NCBI GenBank assembly: GCA_050084515.1
Contig: CM114271.1
Coordinates: 4,340,001-4,404,000 of the forward strand
Source of the DNA: Blasia pusilla
Taxonomy: Eukaryota
DNA: 64,000 nt
Direction: 5' to 3'
This document shows positions 39,028 through 53,054 of the stretch, piece by piece. Each line of letters starts with the position of its first letter. Position 1 is the first letter of the stretch. The notes below the pieces were generated by a model. It saw only the letters and a list, made by a program, of their open reading frames with translations. It ran no database searches and was not told where the DNA came from. A program made the translations under genes and the position numbers.

Positions 39028-40679
39028 TTTGTCAAATATGGATAGAGACGAGGGATAGATGTGGAGTGTGAGCGGTACTTGATTTTTCTTTGTTAACTCA
39101 TATCATGTGAAAATCCTCTTCGTAGGTAAGTACTAGTTTGCATGCTACCTTATGTAACACTTCATAAAGACATTCATGAACGAAATAATGCAATCACCAA
39201 CTCCAGTGATACTTCCAATTGTCATTTACGGAAGGACTTGGGATTGTATATTCTATGTCCTCATTTAGCAACCCATAAATGTAAAGAGGCCTCCTCAAAC
39301 AGATTTTAATACCAATTGTGTTATTTTCCTACAATACAAACACTAAGTGATTTATATAGATTTCATAGTTATGAATTTCAAGGTTAGGTACTACGAAGAA
39401 GTGATTGCTTCAACACAACCATTTGTGATTCCTATCATTAGAGAATAGAAAGTGTACGTCGTTATTCTATATTGAATAAAGAAAGAAAATTGATAATTTA
39501 TCGTGCATTAACGAATGCCATAAGTAGAAGGTTTGGCCTTACTGAAAGAAAGGCTCTTGACATGATAAATGTGGTATCACAACTCTATTGGACTTACACT
39601 AAGATGGAATTATATTGGAATCTTATGAGCTAGACACAAGTTATAGAAGTAAGATGCAAGCCTAAATAAGCACCCCAAGCGATATTATTGGTAACTCGAA
39701 AGAGCATGACCAAATACAAGATAGAACTTGAGAAGGACTCGAGTCTCACAAGATTTGGACTCCAAGAAAGCTACATCCAAGTTTGGAATCTGATTGAATG
39801 TTTGGTGGTTTTGCACATTTGAGATCATGAAGGCTAAATCCAAGATCGATGCATTTGTGATACAATGGTTCCAATGCACAAAATATCTAGACAAACACAT
39901 AAGCAAAACTCTTAATTAAAACATGCCCAAATTTGATGAAATGATCATTTAGGTTAAGGGTAACAAGGAGCTGGCCAAGAGAGTCTTTTTGGATAAAGGA
40001 AAGGCCAAACATCTCAACAAATGGGTCTTCAAGGAAGTTTGCGGCGTGAACGTTAACCTCCCATGGGAATTGAGCCAAGAGCATAAGATGAATTATGAAG
40101 ATGGCTTTTTTATTTTGACAACAAGCATAGTCTCGTTAGACTAGTTCTGGTTGCAAATGTGTAGTTGGAATTATACAATTGTTGAAGAAAACTTCAAGAA
40201 ATTCCATACAATTCAACTTCAAAATCTTCATGCATTCACCGAACATCAACATGGTGAATGTTCAAAATAAAAATCTTCCTTATTACACAATTAATTGAAA
40301 ATAAAATTTAGAGTGTAACCTCTAAATACATGTTAATTCTCTTCATGAGGTGGTAACAACCCTCAAAATTATCCTTTGCACAACAGACCACACATGTATT
40401 GGCAAGAAATTTTGAATCTCTGCTAACACATCAACAATCCTACTTTTTACAACAAAAAAATTACCGAGGAGTTAATTACCCTCGAAATTATCAAAATTGT
40501 AAGTAGTTTTTTAAGGGTTTGGGTTTGATAGTTTCTAAGTCAAGAATTTAATCCTATATGAAGTTAGACAAGGGATCATTATTGTGGATAGGAATAGAGT
40601 GGATTGCTATGATTGCTACTTTGAAGGGGGGAATATTCTAGATTTAGGTGTGGGCTATCTATTGGGTATGATGAAAGAG

Positions 40680-43600
40680 GTCATGTCTCCCTCTGGGTGA
40701 GTTATATCCATGCTCCAACCCTCACAAATTGTCCTCCATTTGGGGCAGCCTAGGCCATCTACTTGGGATACTAAATGTAGTTTGTTCTTCTAACTTTTTC
40801 ACACGCTCCAAAGTCCAAAACCACTTAAAAGCTAAACATCATGACTTTGATAGACTTGGATGGGTAATCCCTCCAATTGATTACAGATGCTCTTTGGTGC
40901 CTTTTGGAGAACTTAGCCCCTTTGAAGGCATGGGAGTGGTTAAAGTCTCATCTTGGCACTATCATGGGTCTCTTCAAGACACATTTTCCTTAGCCGAGGT
41001 TATTCTACAAGATTCCCCATGCCATCCGAAATGGCCTTCGTCACGCTTTCCTTCTCCCCTTACTTAGGATTATATTTGGTGTCCTTGTTATACTCAAGAT
41101 GGAAAGGTCAACCATAGGGAGGTTTTTGGTCTGATTAAGGTGCTCTCATTGAGAAGACTAGGACTCTCTTTCGAGCGGCTTCATGGTTTGCGTGAGAGGG
41201 TAGTACTTCACTTGGTTTTTCTCGGATGACCTTGAGATTGCGATGTGTAGGACATTCATGTCAGATGTGCTAGCAAGTACCCATGAGTGGTGCACGCTCT
41301 TCAACCTCTAGCTATTGCACCTTCATTGATGTTATCGTTGCCCTAATTAAGGAGGTTACATCCTAATCCATTGGTTGATATTCCAAATTGTGTGCATGAC
41401 TTCCATATATCCTAACATGGTTGTTTGCCTAGAATTACATATTCTTCTTTGCATGTGCGCTTGGAAAATCTCCGCAACTTGGTTTTGGAGGTTTGTTAGG
41501 CATGATATATAAACACCTTCAAGATTGCTTTCTCCTAGAGGATCACACCAGTGGCTTCTTTGAGTTGCTCTAGGTTGCCTTTCATCTAGCTCACAAGAGA
41601 TTTTCAATAGCAATGGCCAAGGTTTTTGGGGTAGGATGATTCTTGGCATACGTTGTTGAAGGGAGTGGAGTGATTCATCTAATCACCTTCAATGAGGTTA
41701 TTTTGATGTTGGTGAGTTATACTCTCATTTTTCAATATTTTGAGTCCTTATAGACAAGCCTATGTCTACATCCATTTGATGTGGCCACCCCATGAGATTG
41801 TGAGACTATCACACTTAGTTTGAGGGTTTCTCTCAATACACATGAAGGGTGGATGTGGAGAATGCTTTCAGCTCAGCATATTATATGTCTATATTTGGAA
41901 AGATGTGGATGACCTTGTTATGAGCCCCGTTCCCTTAATGCCGACTTTATATTGCACCCCTTCTGCCCTCTATTTCTACCATGGTTAGTTTAGTTTATTT
42001 CTACCATGGTTAGTTTAAGGAAGAGGTTCTTGTTTCAAAGTCTACCATCTATAATTATTAAGGATACAATGTTGGTGATGCCCTCCTTACATTGACTCAT
42101 TGTCATCCACCAATGAAGGGAAATAAATTTTAGGAAGACCTCCATTGTACGATGGAGGTCTTGCTCATATGGAACTCATGCCATATGGCTTTTCTTGCAT
42201 TTCAACACTTTCCTCCTTGGTTGGCATGTGTTGGCCTAATGATGAAAGTGGGGAAGTGCATGGTATAGTCCCTATGTGGTCTACCATTTGATTTTCATTT
42301 ACTTTATGGGCTTATGAAACCAAATGGAGGTTTGCTTGGGAGTTAAATATGATTTCGTTTTAAACTTCATGCGGCGACACTTACAAAAGATCTACTTCAT
42401 GTTGATGATCTTGCAAGGATTGGTGATTCTCAATTTGCATTCAACATCCTCTTCTCTTATTTTGCTAGACTTCATATATTGGTATCCCTTTAGGATAGCG
42501 TGGATATCTAGCCACTTCCTTAATCTCCTTAGATCTTTGATAAGAGGATGCTAGAAGTGTTTGGAGATATTTTGATATATAAAAGGATGTTAAAATTGTT
42601 TAGAGATCTTCTACAGACCATCTCCTTTGAGTTCTCCATGGGTATGCTACCATGCCAACAATCCTCATGGTCAATTGCCTTTAACCGTATGGTGCTTCTT
42701 TAGACAAAGTTAATTAGCAACCACTTCATTATATTTTGGGAGTCGGGCCCTAGGATCACCCTTTCTTTACTCTAAACTCTTTGTTAGAGATAAAACCCTT
42801 GTATCATAATATGTGTCTCAAATAGATGAGGGCTCATCTCCCCTACAATCTTCTCTTGGAGCATGCATACATACTCTAAAAGCGAATCTCTATGTAGAAA
42901 CTCATTTCTAGATGAAGCTAGGGTTGTTCTCCTAACTTTCTCTTGAATTTTCTGTAGTCAATTTAGGCTCTAATCTACTTTGATGGATGCCCACTTTATG
43001 GGTAGTTTTTGAGATACGATGGATGATTGGGATATTTCCATGGAGGGTTAGTCCCACATTTGCTCCTACTCCGAGAAGGGGGTTGGCTCATGGATGGGTG
43101 CTTGTCTTCTCATTTTGGCATTTTGTTTCGAATTGTGGACTCGCCTTTACCATAGCAATATTTTTTTGTCTAGGCCTCCCCTAACCATATATGGTTGGTT
43201 CTACATATTGTGAATTAATGTTGCTAAAACTAGATTCTTTTGGCATACGTCTAGCATATTGTGTATTTGGAAGTGAGTGGATAGCCACTCACGACGTTAT
43301 GCATGATATTAGGTTCTTCATCGCTAGCAAGAGCGATTTCCATATGCATAGGGAGTGACACTATTTCATATGGGATTCCCTCATTCCCAAAGACTTATAT
43401 ATGAAGCAAGTGGCTAACATGGTGGTAGCTAACCTCATAGTTCTAGATCCTCCACGAGAGTCAGTTCAAGCGCATGTGGTTACATAAGGGAGTGCAACAT
43501 TGGAAAGGAAGAATACTCCACTTTATAGTTATCTAGCTATTGAGAGCTATGGTTAAGAGGTTTGACGCTTTCTTATGAAGAGTGCCTCTCTTCTCCACTC

Positions 43601-43800
43601 GAGAAATGGGTGGGGAAGATTTTCTTTAGCTATTGCACTCTTATCTTGTAAAAATTGGGTCCCCATTGATCTACAATGTGTCTAAGCCAATGGGCTTCTA
43701 AATTAGACTTAGGTTGTGGAAGACGCCACTATTAGGGGCCCTCTTGTTATTAATCATGTTTTTTTTAACGATTATCCCTCATGTTGTTTTCTTAGAGTGA
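40680..43800 (+). mobile_element. Degenerate CRE-like non-LTR retrotransposon (single ORF: zinc finger, RT, CCHC, restriction-like endonuclease)
   Basis: Frameshifted remnants in the expected order: C2H2-like CSSNFFTRSKVQNHLKAKH (~40780), LQPLAIAP..RLHP (~41300-41365), GVIHLITFNEVILMLV (cf. GIRPIAVGE..RL, ~41670), DCETI..VDVENAF (~41795-41870), HICSYSEKGVGSWMGA..FTIAIFFCLGLP (~43055-43180), LDSFGIRLAYCVFGSEWIATHDVMHD (~43230-43310), LAIESYG (~43535). Confidence 0.7.
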
Positions 43801-46270
43801 TGATGTCATGGGCCTACTCTCCTTAAACGTTAATCTTGTTGTTGCGGAAGCGTGCATTCAGTATCTCAACGCTGATCTTCATCCAAACACGCACTCACGT
43901 TAGTCGAGTCTGGATCCATCAGCGGGTCTATTTTGCCAAGTTCTCGACTCGACCTCTCCTCAAGCTCAACCTTCATAGTTTCGCGGTTTACAACACATGC
44001 AAGTCTCAAAACACTTGGGACAGACTTTCTAGTCAGTTCAGGAACCTCAAACGGCATTTCGTGCCTGGAGGTTCCATCTGTCCAATGGGACATCCAATGA
44101 GTCCCTAGCCGCAAGTCAAGAAAATGAATCGCGGGTTGGAATCCAAGTATGTCTTAAGAAATCCACTCCCTTGGATCAGGTTTGGTTTTTGAGTTCCAAC
44201 ACCAAACTCCCGCTCCATTGTGTGCCCTTGAGACGATGTTTGGTGCTCAAAGTGGGGTTCGTGTTTTAAGACTTTTTGGAAAGACTCCCCCTTACTAGTA
44301 CTTATGGGGATCACCGGGGTCCCCCTAACTTTAGGGAAAGACAAACGGGCCCCTTACATTGGCCCTCAACCCGATTGCTCTCACAATTGTTTTCGGCCAA
44401 TATCTCAGCTTGTACTCATGCGTTTGCTGAGATCTTTGGTGCGTTGGAAGTATCTCAAGATAAGCTTTCCAACACGCCCTTATTTGTCTTGAAGTCATCT
44501 CGGAAGTAAATGTTATGGTCCGAAATATAGTCAAATTCCCCAAACCCTAGTGGTGTTCCATAAGTGGTTTTCACCTCTTTGGCAACCAACCTTCCAAGAC
44601 TCAACTCATCTCAAGTCTTGGTTCGCGTTTGGTCTAGGTTTCCTGGTCGCGACCACTAACGCATGAAACGCACAACTCTGTTCCACGTTTCGTCTCTTGG
44701 AATTTTCCAAAAGCCTCTCCAAAGCGCGATTATCATAGCGTGAGTCCACTAGAGTTTTGATGTTCCGCTTGGCACCTATTTCGTGTTCATTTGGTTATGA
44801 GGGTCGCGACAGATGAGGTAGTTATTAGAGTGTCCACGATAATTTTTTTCTCATCTTGGTTAGTTGGTATGTTTCCCCACTCTATAAATTCCCCCTTGTT
44901 TAAGAGCCTAATGCCATAGACACGCGCTGAGGTCGTGGCGACCTCAATTTTGCGCCCAATTTTTTTTCCAATGGGCAATGTAGCAAAACGAACCGATCCT
45001 TTCGATTATAAGCTAGATCGGGGTCGCCAAGACACTGGGCCATTTTTGCGCCAAAATTTTTGGGCGCGAAAAAAACTCGCCACTCTCTATGGTTGCTGCG
45101 ACATGACATACATGGAATCATGCCCTTACTTAAAGATGGATTCCTCTTTCTTTTCTGCCCTCACAAGCACTCACGGAACAATTTTTTTCTCTCCATCTAG
45201 TCTATCCACAATCTAGAACTAATGTCATGACATAGTTTATCATCTAAGATCACGAGCTAATATTTCCCCATAGATCTCACATTGTGTGTTCTCCACTAGC
45301 GTGTAATAAATAATTTCTTCCCCCTCTCAAATGGCCAACAAAGAAACTGGTTAAGGTTCATGTCACGCATGCATTTCCTTGTCCTTTTGATATGGAGTCT
45401 AGAGCGGTCCAACTTAATCCACAAAAGACAACGCAGGCGGCATCCAAAGAGGGCACGCCACGTGTTGCTGACCGGGCCTCATAGATCCAGGAATCCAAAT
45501 CCTCCCACTCTCTCTCCACGAGAATCTCCCGTTCGGTCTACTACTTCAGTTTCACTCTGCACCCGTCTCTGTGGCCCGAGGCTATGAACTCGCTGCTGCC
45601 GCGCGGAGTCGGCGTTCCTGCCTGCCACCGCTTTTATATGACAGAGTGAGCGCTGCTGATGCGGTCGCAGATTTGAGCTGAAGGAAGACGTTTCTCGTTT
45701 GGCGGATGCGGAATTTTCATTGCTCGCAGACCGGAGAGCGTCGCGACTAGTGCGTGGATTGCGGCGTGGGGCTTGGGAGATCTCGTTGGCGTAGCTGTCC
45801 TGTTCCTGTGCTCTCGGGTGGGGCGATTTGCAGGCATTCCGTCGCATCTGGAGGTTCGAATCCCGTTCCTCTGTGTCAATTCTACACGTCCATTTCCTCC
45901 AATCTCACCTCCTCCGCAATCCCTGGTGTTCGCTTGCTTCACCTCTGTCACTCCATTCAGTCCAGTGGAGGTTTGCGAGGCCAATTCCGGTAGTGTACGT
46001 GGAATTGGAATCCCTGTGTAGGTGTGGATGGAAGTATTTGAGTTACCGCTGTATTGACTTAAGGACGGACTTATATTTACGAAGGAAGTGATAAGACGGA
46101 AGTGGACTGTCTGCGAATAAAATGTATCAGCTGTAGGATGTTGGTGGGTAACTACGGAGCAGCTCTGATTTTGACGCATTGTTGAAGCAAGGGCAATTCG
46201 GGCAGCTGCAGTGTCAGTGTGACTGGATTATGAGCAGCTGCGGATGCTTGGACAGCGGGCTCGCTGATTG

Positions 46271-49200
46271 ATGGCGACGATGGTTTCTTATGAGCTTCAG
46301 AGTGCCCGAATCCTTGGATCCAAGATGAACCTCGTTGCTGCAAGACCTGCGTCACCACTTCAATCAATTCGAGTCTCTTCTCCCCTTCCCATTTTCATTT
46401 CTCGTACGTGGTCGGGACTTTCCGGCCGACCTTCCCTGGTCCTTGTTCACAGAGCCCGCATTGCTGAAAGGAAGTCACTGGTTGGTGGTGGTGCTCGTGA
46501 AAGAAACGGGCGACAGAGTTTGCCAGCTCCTTCGGCGAGCGAAGATCGGTCTTCTGTGGAATCAAGCGAGGATGTGAAAGGCGGAGCAGTCCTAGAAACG
46601 GTGAAAGACGTCGACACACCTCATGGTTGGAGATGGAATAAAACTGCCGACGAGCTGGTGGAATTTCCTTCCTCTTAACACTCCTGTTTTTGGTAGAAGG
46701 TAGCAGCTACCCTGAGATGTGACTAGTTTTCACAGTATACAGGTTTCTATGAGATCGTGTATAAGAGTTGCATAGATTCTTCACATTGTTTCGAAAGTCT
46801 TACAGTATAGCAAACGTCGAAGTTGAAAGACTTTTGCAGCCAGGGGTCTAGACTGCGAAGATTGAACAGAAATTCAAATTTGTCACGATGGAAGGTAGCG
46901 GTTGCCCTTAGATGTAACTAATTTTGATAGAGGACCGGTTGCCATGAGAATAGTAGTATACATTCATGAAATGGTTCCCAAAGTCATACATGATATTCAA
47001 TGTTCTCGTTGAAAGTTGTCTTCAGCCAGGATTCCAGTAATTAACAGCTTTCAATTTTTTACCCATCACTTGGTTAGTTCTTGCTATGCCATGCGATAGG
47101 GAAGAGTGTATCTGAATGATCCCTGCTCTTGTTTCGTCTTACTAGCTGCACAGAACAGCCTTTTCAGATGAATGTGGAGTTCAAACGCCCGGGACCATTT
47201 GTAAATGTCAGGCAGCGAGACTGCATTGGTCCTGGTAGAGTTGTGTTTAGTGGCTCTAGGTTCGTGATCATGATTTCGTGAGCTTGCAACGCAGACTGGA
47301 AGAGAGTTTTCAAGGTCTATCCAGTAGTTCCAATGGCCGAGTTTTGACTGTCTAGTAGTTTGGATACCATAACGTCACAGGCAATATGATTGAAATGCTT
47401 TATTGCAGAAGTTTGTTTCCATTTCTTGACCTGAACCTGCTGTATAGTGCAGGTTGCGTACGGACTACTGTTTGCAGCAGTGCCTATAGTGCCCCTGCTG
47501 CCTCCCTTTCAGTGGTCGGCTCCAATCTACTTCTTCTTCTTAGCAGTATGGTCTGTGTATGTGGGCAGTCACCGCAGGTAGGCTCCAAGACAGATCACAA
47601 CCTCGTGACGTACGTCTTTTGTCATGCTACCTGTAGTTCAATGATGAATAGAAACATAGCGGTACAATTCAGGAATGACCAACATGGTGGCACATTTCAG
47701 GGAGGACCGAGAGCGTTCACACGCTGTTTACAGCTCATTGTAGAATAGAAACATCGTAGTACCTTTGAAGAGGTAAACGAGACCATGCACAAATAGCAGT
47801 TCTTGGTGGAATAGGAGAATGGTGGGACATTTTAGGGAAAATCTCAGGATTCACAATTGAGTTGTTGGGCGTTGCACCAATGTATTCGTTAGTCCTTTGT
47901 AGATCTTGATAGTTTTTTCCTTCTTCACGTTATTCCATCGGTTGTTGAACTTCTTAGGTGCACCTTTGTATGCATAACAAAAGCTAGTTTCTAAGTTTTT
48001 GTTTTGTTTTTCAGTCTTACCAGAAAGCCCCCACAGAAGATGTCACTGAAGCAGGGCCTTGCTGTTCCTTTCTTCTGCTCGGCGTCTCTGTTCGGATTCT
48101 ACTGTCTTCTTCGGTTCTTCCCAGATCTGGACTTGCGCACATTCATATCTGCATACCTAGGTGTGGCTGGGGCCATTGCTGTGGCTAGCAACATAGTCGA
48201 GCCTTTGCGTCTTCTGCTTCCAAAGACAGATTCGATGCCTTGGGAAGCGGGTAAGGCATGATGCACCTTGAGCAATTTCTTGCAACACATAATGAATAAA
48301 TAAGTGTGAATGTTTTGATCAGCACTCCCCCCATCTTAGCCTACCCCTGAATATTGAATCGAGTTAACCATGTAAAAATGTGTACAGGCTCACAGAGGTA
48401 CAGGAATCTGTTGCTGTACAAATACCATTCAATATTGAAGGCAGATGCTAAGCTAGGTGTTAGGAAGTTGATCATAATGAACTCAGATGTTAAGTGGTGA
48501 TATGCCCTTCCAGGATTGAACAGCTTGTGATGTTGTTTGACCAGTCTATGTTTTGGATGACATTAAGACAATATCACCTTCTGCTCAGTCTAATGTCGTA
48601 CCTTTCAATATCTCGCTTTTTATGTGCAGATCTACCCAAATGGCTTGTTCAGGATGACGGTAGTCCTGTACAGATGCGCATCACCCCTGCAGACATTGTT
48701 GCTGGCTTAGGTATGGACTATATTTGAGGTCTTTCAAAGGAAGTACTTTCCTTGGATTAGGATACCGCTTTTCAGAGTTCAAATCTTGTGACTCAGGACT
48801 TACATGACTCCCAATTTTAGAGAGAGACTCTTGACTGATATGTCCTTGTCATGATGCAATCTGTGGCCATGACACATAGGACTGGGCAAACAAGGTGGTG
48901 GATGTCAGATGAAGCGCACTAAAAGTCATCTTCTTTGTATCCATGACCAACCCTGTTCTACCCTCATATCTGTTCTTGATGAATTCGCAGTGGGGATATT
49001 AGTAACCATAGCGAGCAAGCAAGCTGGAGCTCCTTTCACTCTCAAGAATTTCATCGCTGTCTGTATTGTAACAGAACTGTTGCAACTGCTCTCTCTTGGG
49101 AGGTACAGACCCTTCTTGGGTTTGGTCAGCCTTATTCTCTGGCCCCTTGAGTCCCTTCCTTTCTTTCTGAATGGGCTTTCTCATCTTTCGTTTGTTTCCT

Positions 49201-50912
49201 CTTTGAATTGAAGGACATCTACTTTGTAGCTTTTGCTGCTTTCTCCACTTCTCATTTTGCCAAGTACTAAGAATCTCTAGTGCCCAACATATTTCTCCTA
49301 TAGTCAATGCATGTTTAGTCTCCATTATGTTTTCCTCCATTAGAGGAAGCCTCTCTTTTGAAGTTTGTTGGGATAATGCAAGTCTTCATGCATGGCCCCT
49401 TGTGGCATTACTTTGTATACATTTGCCGTGATTTCTTTCTTCTAGAAAGAAACAGAGAACAGCAGTATACTGTGGCATAATATTTTTATTATCTACTGTG
49501 ACTGTAGTATTGTACATGCTCATTGACGAAGTTGAAGGTCTTTTGTGCCAGTTTCACAACAGCAGCTGCTATGCTGAGTGGATTACTGTTATATGACGTT
49601 TTCTGGGTCTTTGGCTCATCTCACGTCTTTGGGGACAATGTCATGGTCACTGTAAGTTTAATTCATATGTCATTGTGCTTATTGTTCTTCAGGAAGACCT
49701 GTGCAGCTGTTGTTCTGTATGACTCTGTCGATGACCTAAAATCTGGATAACATATGGGGGTTGGTAGAACTTGAGAGCTCAATCTTGTTGCCTCTTCCAT
49801 ATTGTGGCTTGGGTTCATGTGTGAAGGATTGTATAAGGGTTGGTTTTTCTACGTTTTCTGTGACCTATACCTGGATTGTGATGGATGGAATTGGATTCTT
49901 CAGGTGGCAACGTCATCAGCATTTGATGGACCAATGAAGCTGATCTTTCCACAATTCAATGTGAGACAATGGTCATGTCCTTTGTAGTATGTTTCTGGGT
50001 TGTAATTGCATTTGACATAAGGAATGGTGGGTAGGGAGAGACAAGCCCTTTGAAGGATAGTTTTCTATCTAGTGTAATGTGAACTGACATGACAGTAAAG
50101 TGGATAGTTCTTCAATGCCGTCGAAGTAATGTTGTCTGGAGCTAGAGATTGTGTAATCTACATTTCTACGATTTGAGATTGGTCTAACTGAAGGGATATA
50201 CTGATGAAAGGTGCTTGTTGTGGGTACCAGGCAAATTCCGTTAATCCATACTCAATACTCGGGCTGGGTGACATTGCTGCTCCTGGTCTTCTCATTGCCA
50301 TGATGCTTCGATTTGATCGATCAAGAGCAAAGCATTTGTCAACCTCCTTGGATGGGCAGGAATCAGAAAATTCAGGAGTGTCTAGATTACCAAATCCAGA
50401 CAAGACATACTTCATCACTTGCCTTGCCTCTTATGTGTTTGGACTCACTGTCACAGCTGGTGAGTAGAGCAAATGATCACCCCTTCCACATCAAAGTAGA
50501 ATGCCGAAGCAGGATGAGTTCATCACACCATTCCAATTGTGCACGCGTGATAGATTGCTTCAGTCTTTCTGTGTTAAATAGATGATAGATGTCTCTCCAT
50601 AGTCTTCGATAGTCCATTTTGTAGTTTGCTCAGTTCCATCAATCATGACCCCTTCCGTGGCATTAATGAAAGGATCACTAGGAGTGAGAGGGTCGATTCT
50701 GAATTTTTTGGTACTGTTGATGTTTTTATTTGGCAGTCGCAAACTCAGTCACTGGTGCAGCACAGCCCGCTCTACTGTACTTGGTTCCGAGTCTCCTTTG
50801 CGGAGTGTTTTTTGTTGCAGCTTCCAGGTCAGAGGCCTCGCTTCTGCTAGATTATAAAGATGAAACATTGATGGATCTCATTTCTGTAAAAAGTGACGAT
50901 CAGGCAATTTAA
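46271..50912 (+). CDS. Signal peptide peptidase family (A22B, GxGD) intramembrane aspartyl protease with long Ser/Arg-rich N-terminal extension
   Basis: Exons 46271-46657, 47453-47577, 48015-48250, 48630-48710, 48991-49102, 49552-49651, 49904-49960, 50231-50459, 50737-50912 (TAA), all GT-AG and in frame. Catalytic motifs LLYDVFWVFG, SILGLGDI and QPALLYLVP, plus several hydrophobic helices. Confidence 0.92.
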
Positions 50913-53054
50913 ATATCTTTGGTACCTTGGAGTTTCAGCTGGGTAAGGTAACTAAAGTCTAGAATAGTTACTCATTTAACCTGTGGAATGTTCAATGTCA
51001 ACATGCATGTTGCTTCGAACTCTGAAATTTGCCATAGATAGTGTAATAAAAAGCTTCTGGGTTGATACCTGGAAGCTCTCCACCAACACTTTTACTATAT
51101 ACAAGACTCCCTCCTCTCATATGGTACCTTCTTCACTTCTTCCTATGTCTCTAGAACCGCCCAACCTGTTACATAGATATGATTTGATTGCATAACTAGC
51201 CCATAATTGGACTTACAGCTTATAGAGAATTCACCATAGTTCAATTTCTAAGCAGCCCATAATTGAATTTGCATTAAAAATGACAGCCAGCTTTCGGAAG
51301 TCGACTATAATTGAATTCCCTGCCTGCGAGCACATAATTGGATTTGCTTACGAAATGATATCTACATGGCAAATGGACTTACGAACTCAATATACAGTAC
51401 GGTCACAACTATTGCAGATGACGTGGTCAAAACCCCTGCTTTGCTCAAGTAGAGGACAACCATTTCTTGCGAGCAATGACACAGGCCATGGATGATAATT
51501 TAGATGTTGTTTGGAAACATGTCGAGATTGGTACACTCAAATTCTCCTGATGGTGACACTAAAATCTTTCCCAGGTTCCACAGGTATGGAAAGACCAATC
51601 ATGCAAAAACGGATGGGTGAACGCATAAAAAACACAAATGGGGAATTGAAAGATTTTAACAGAGTCCAACGTATCAGCCTAAGGCTAAAGTAAAGGTGGG
51701 AATAGCCCCTGTGACGGTCTTTGAATACCAAATAGCCGTGAACGCGAGGATAGGGACCTTGACTGTCAGATGCACCACAAAATTCTTCACTTTGTTATGA
51801 TGTCGAAAAGCACATATCTGACAGTTGGATTTAAGTGCGTTGTCTGGAAGTGGTAACTACATCTGCTCCTATTTTGATGCCCTACATGGACAAATTTCCA
51901 TGATGTGTACAGTGACGCCACTGTGAGCAACTTTGTTTCTTTTTAGTCCTGACAAATCAAATCCTTCCTGCGTCTAATCTGGGAGCAAGTCCTTATTTGG
52001 CATCTTTCTTTCTAAGAAGGATATAGGCAGAATGTTGTAAGGAGGTGATATACATTTAACCCAGTGCTTTCCCCAGAAAGGCATAAGGTCACGATCCCTA
52101 CATACTCTCTCTCCCACCAGTGCTAAAGATTCACCTTGGAGAACTGCATAGAATTCCATTCAGAAATTGATATCCACTGCAGGTCTGTTCACCTAGCCAA
52201 CATGGAATGCCAATCTCAGACCATAAAAGGATATCTGTGCACAGCAAACATGATATGTGAATACCTTTCCTGCAGAATTGCTCCTCAACAAACTGGACAA
52301 GTGTGGGATGAAGAAACATGAAGCTCTCTGGCCAAATGGCCATGCACAGATTACAGGGCATGGAGCTGACTTTAGGCCAAAATTGCCCCTCAACAAATTG
52401 GACAATCAGTGACTAGAAAGGAGACTGGCCCCACTGAGCCAGATGTGGGACTAGACAGAAGAAATGATACTAATCTACACCAAATCATCCAGAACATGTC
52501 ACAGAACCAGAGAACCTAACCATAAAAGGGACTCGACAGGATTTCAGGGAGGATTGATGAATACTTTCACAAAAGAGTGGGAATTCATCTTCCATTTGCC
52601 ACCGGAGTACTAGAGCTGGAGAAATATATCTAAGGAAAACTTTTTTATGAAGCGGGCATATCCACCAAGTTCACCTTTCTTTCTTGGCAGGCTTGAACAA
52701 AAGCAGGGATAATCACAGACGGTAGCATGGAGAGTTTCGAAAGTTGAGAGATTTATTTCATCCATATGTACGTTGATACAGATCCACCAATCAGTGAAGA
52801 TGGCCGAAATTCTCAGTACTTTCAAAATAGCTTTCACACAGCCAAACTGGAGACATTCTCATAATTATCAACAACAGCTGCATCTTTGGCGGGAGATACA
52901 TTCTTTCATGGTTATCAACAACAGTCTTCATGGAAATTGCAATCTTCTCCAAAGATACTATGTGAAGGGTTTTACCATCATGGATCATTGATAATGCACT
53001 TCACTGTTCACATGAAAATATCTATGTGATTAGGAGTAACACCACTCATTGACA

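Noticed and set aside
38100..40600. Possible further transposon coding remnants
   Set aside because: AT-rich and decayed-looking, but I could not read any diagnostic motif, so it is left unclassified.
45040..45075. E2F-like site (reverse complement TTTCGCGC) within an imperfect palindrome
   Set aside because: A single short motif in repeat-like sequence more than 1 kb from the nearest ATG; not distinguishable from chance.
45820..45875. tRNA from GGTTCGAATCCC at ~45853
   Set aside because: No A-box or cloverleaf could be built; it lies in the probable 5' UTR/intron of the SPP-like gene.
45360..46179. Several 75-180 aa ORFs on both strands
   Set aside because: GC-rich promoter/5' UTR region; the translations have no recognisable domains.
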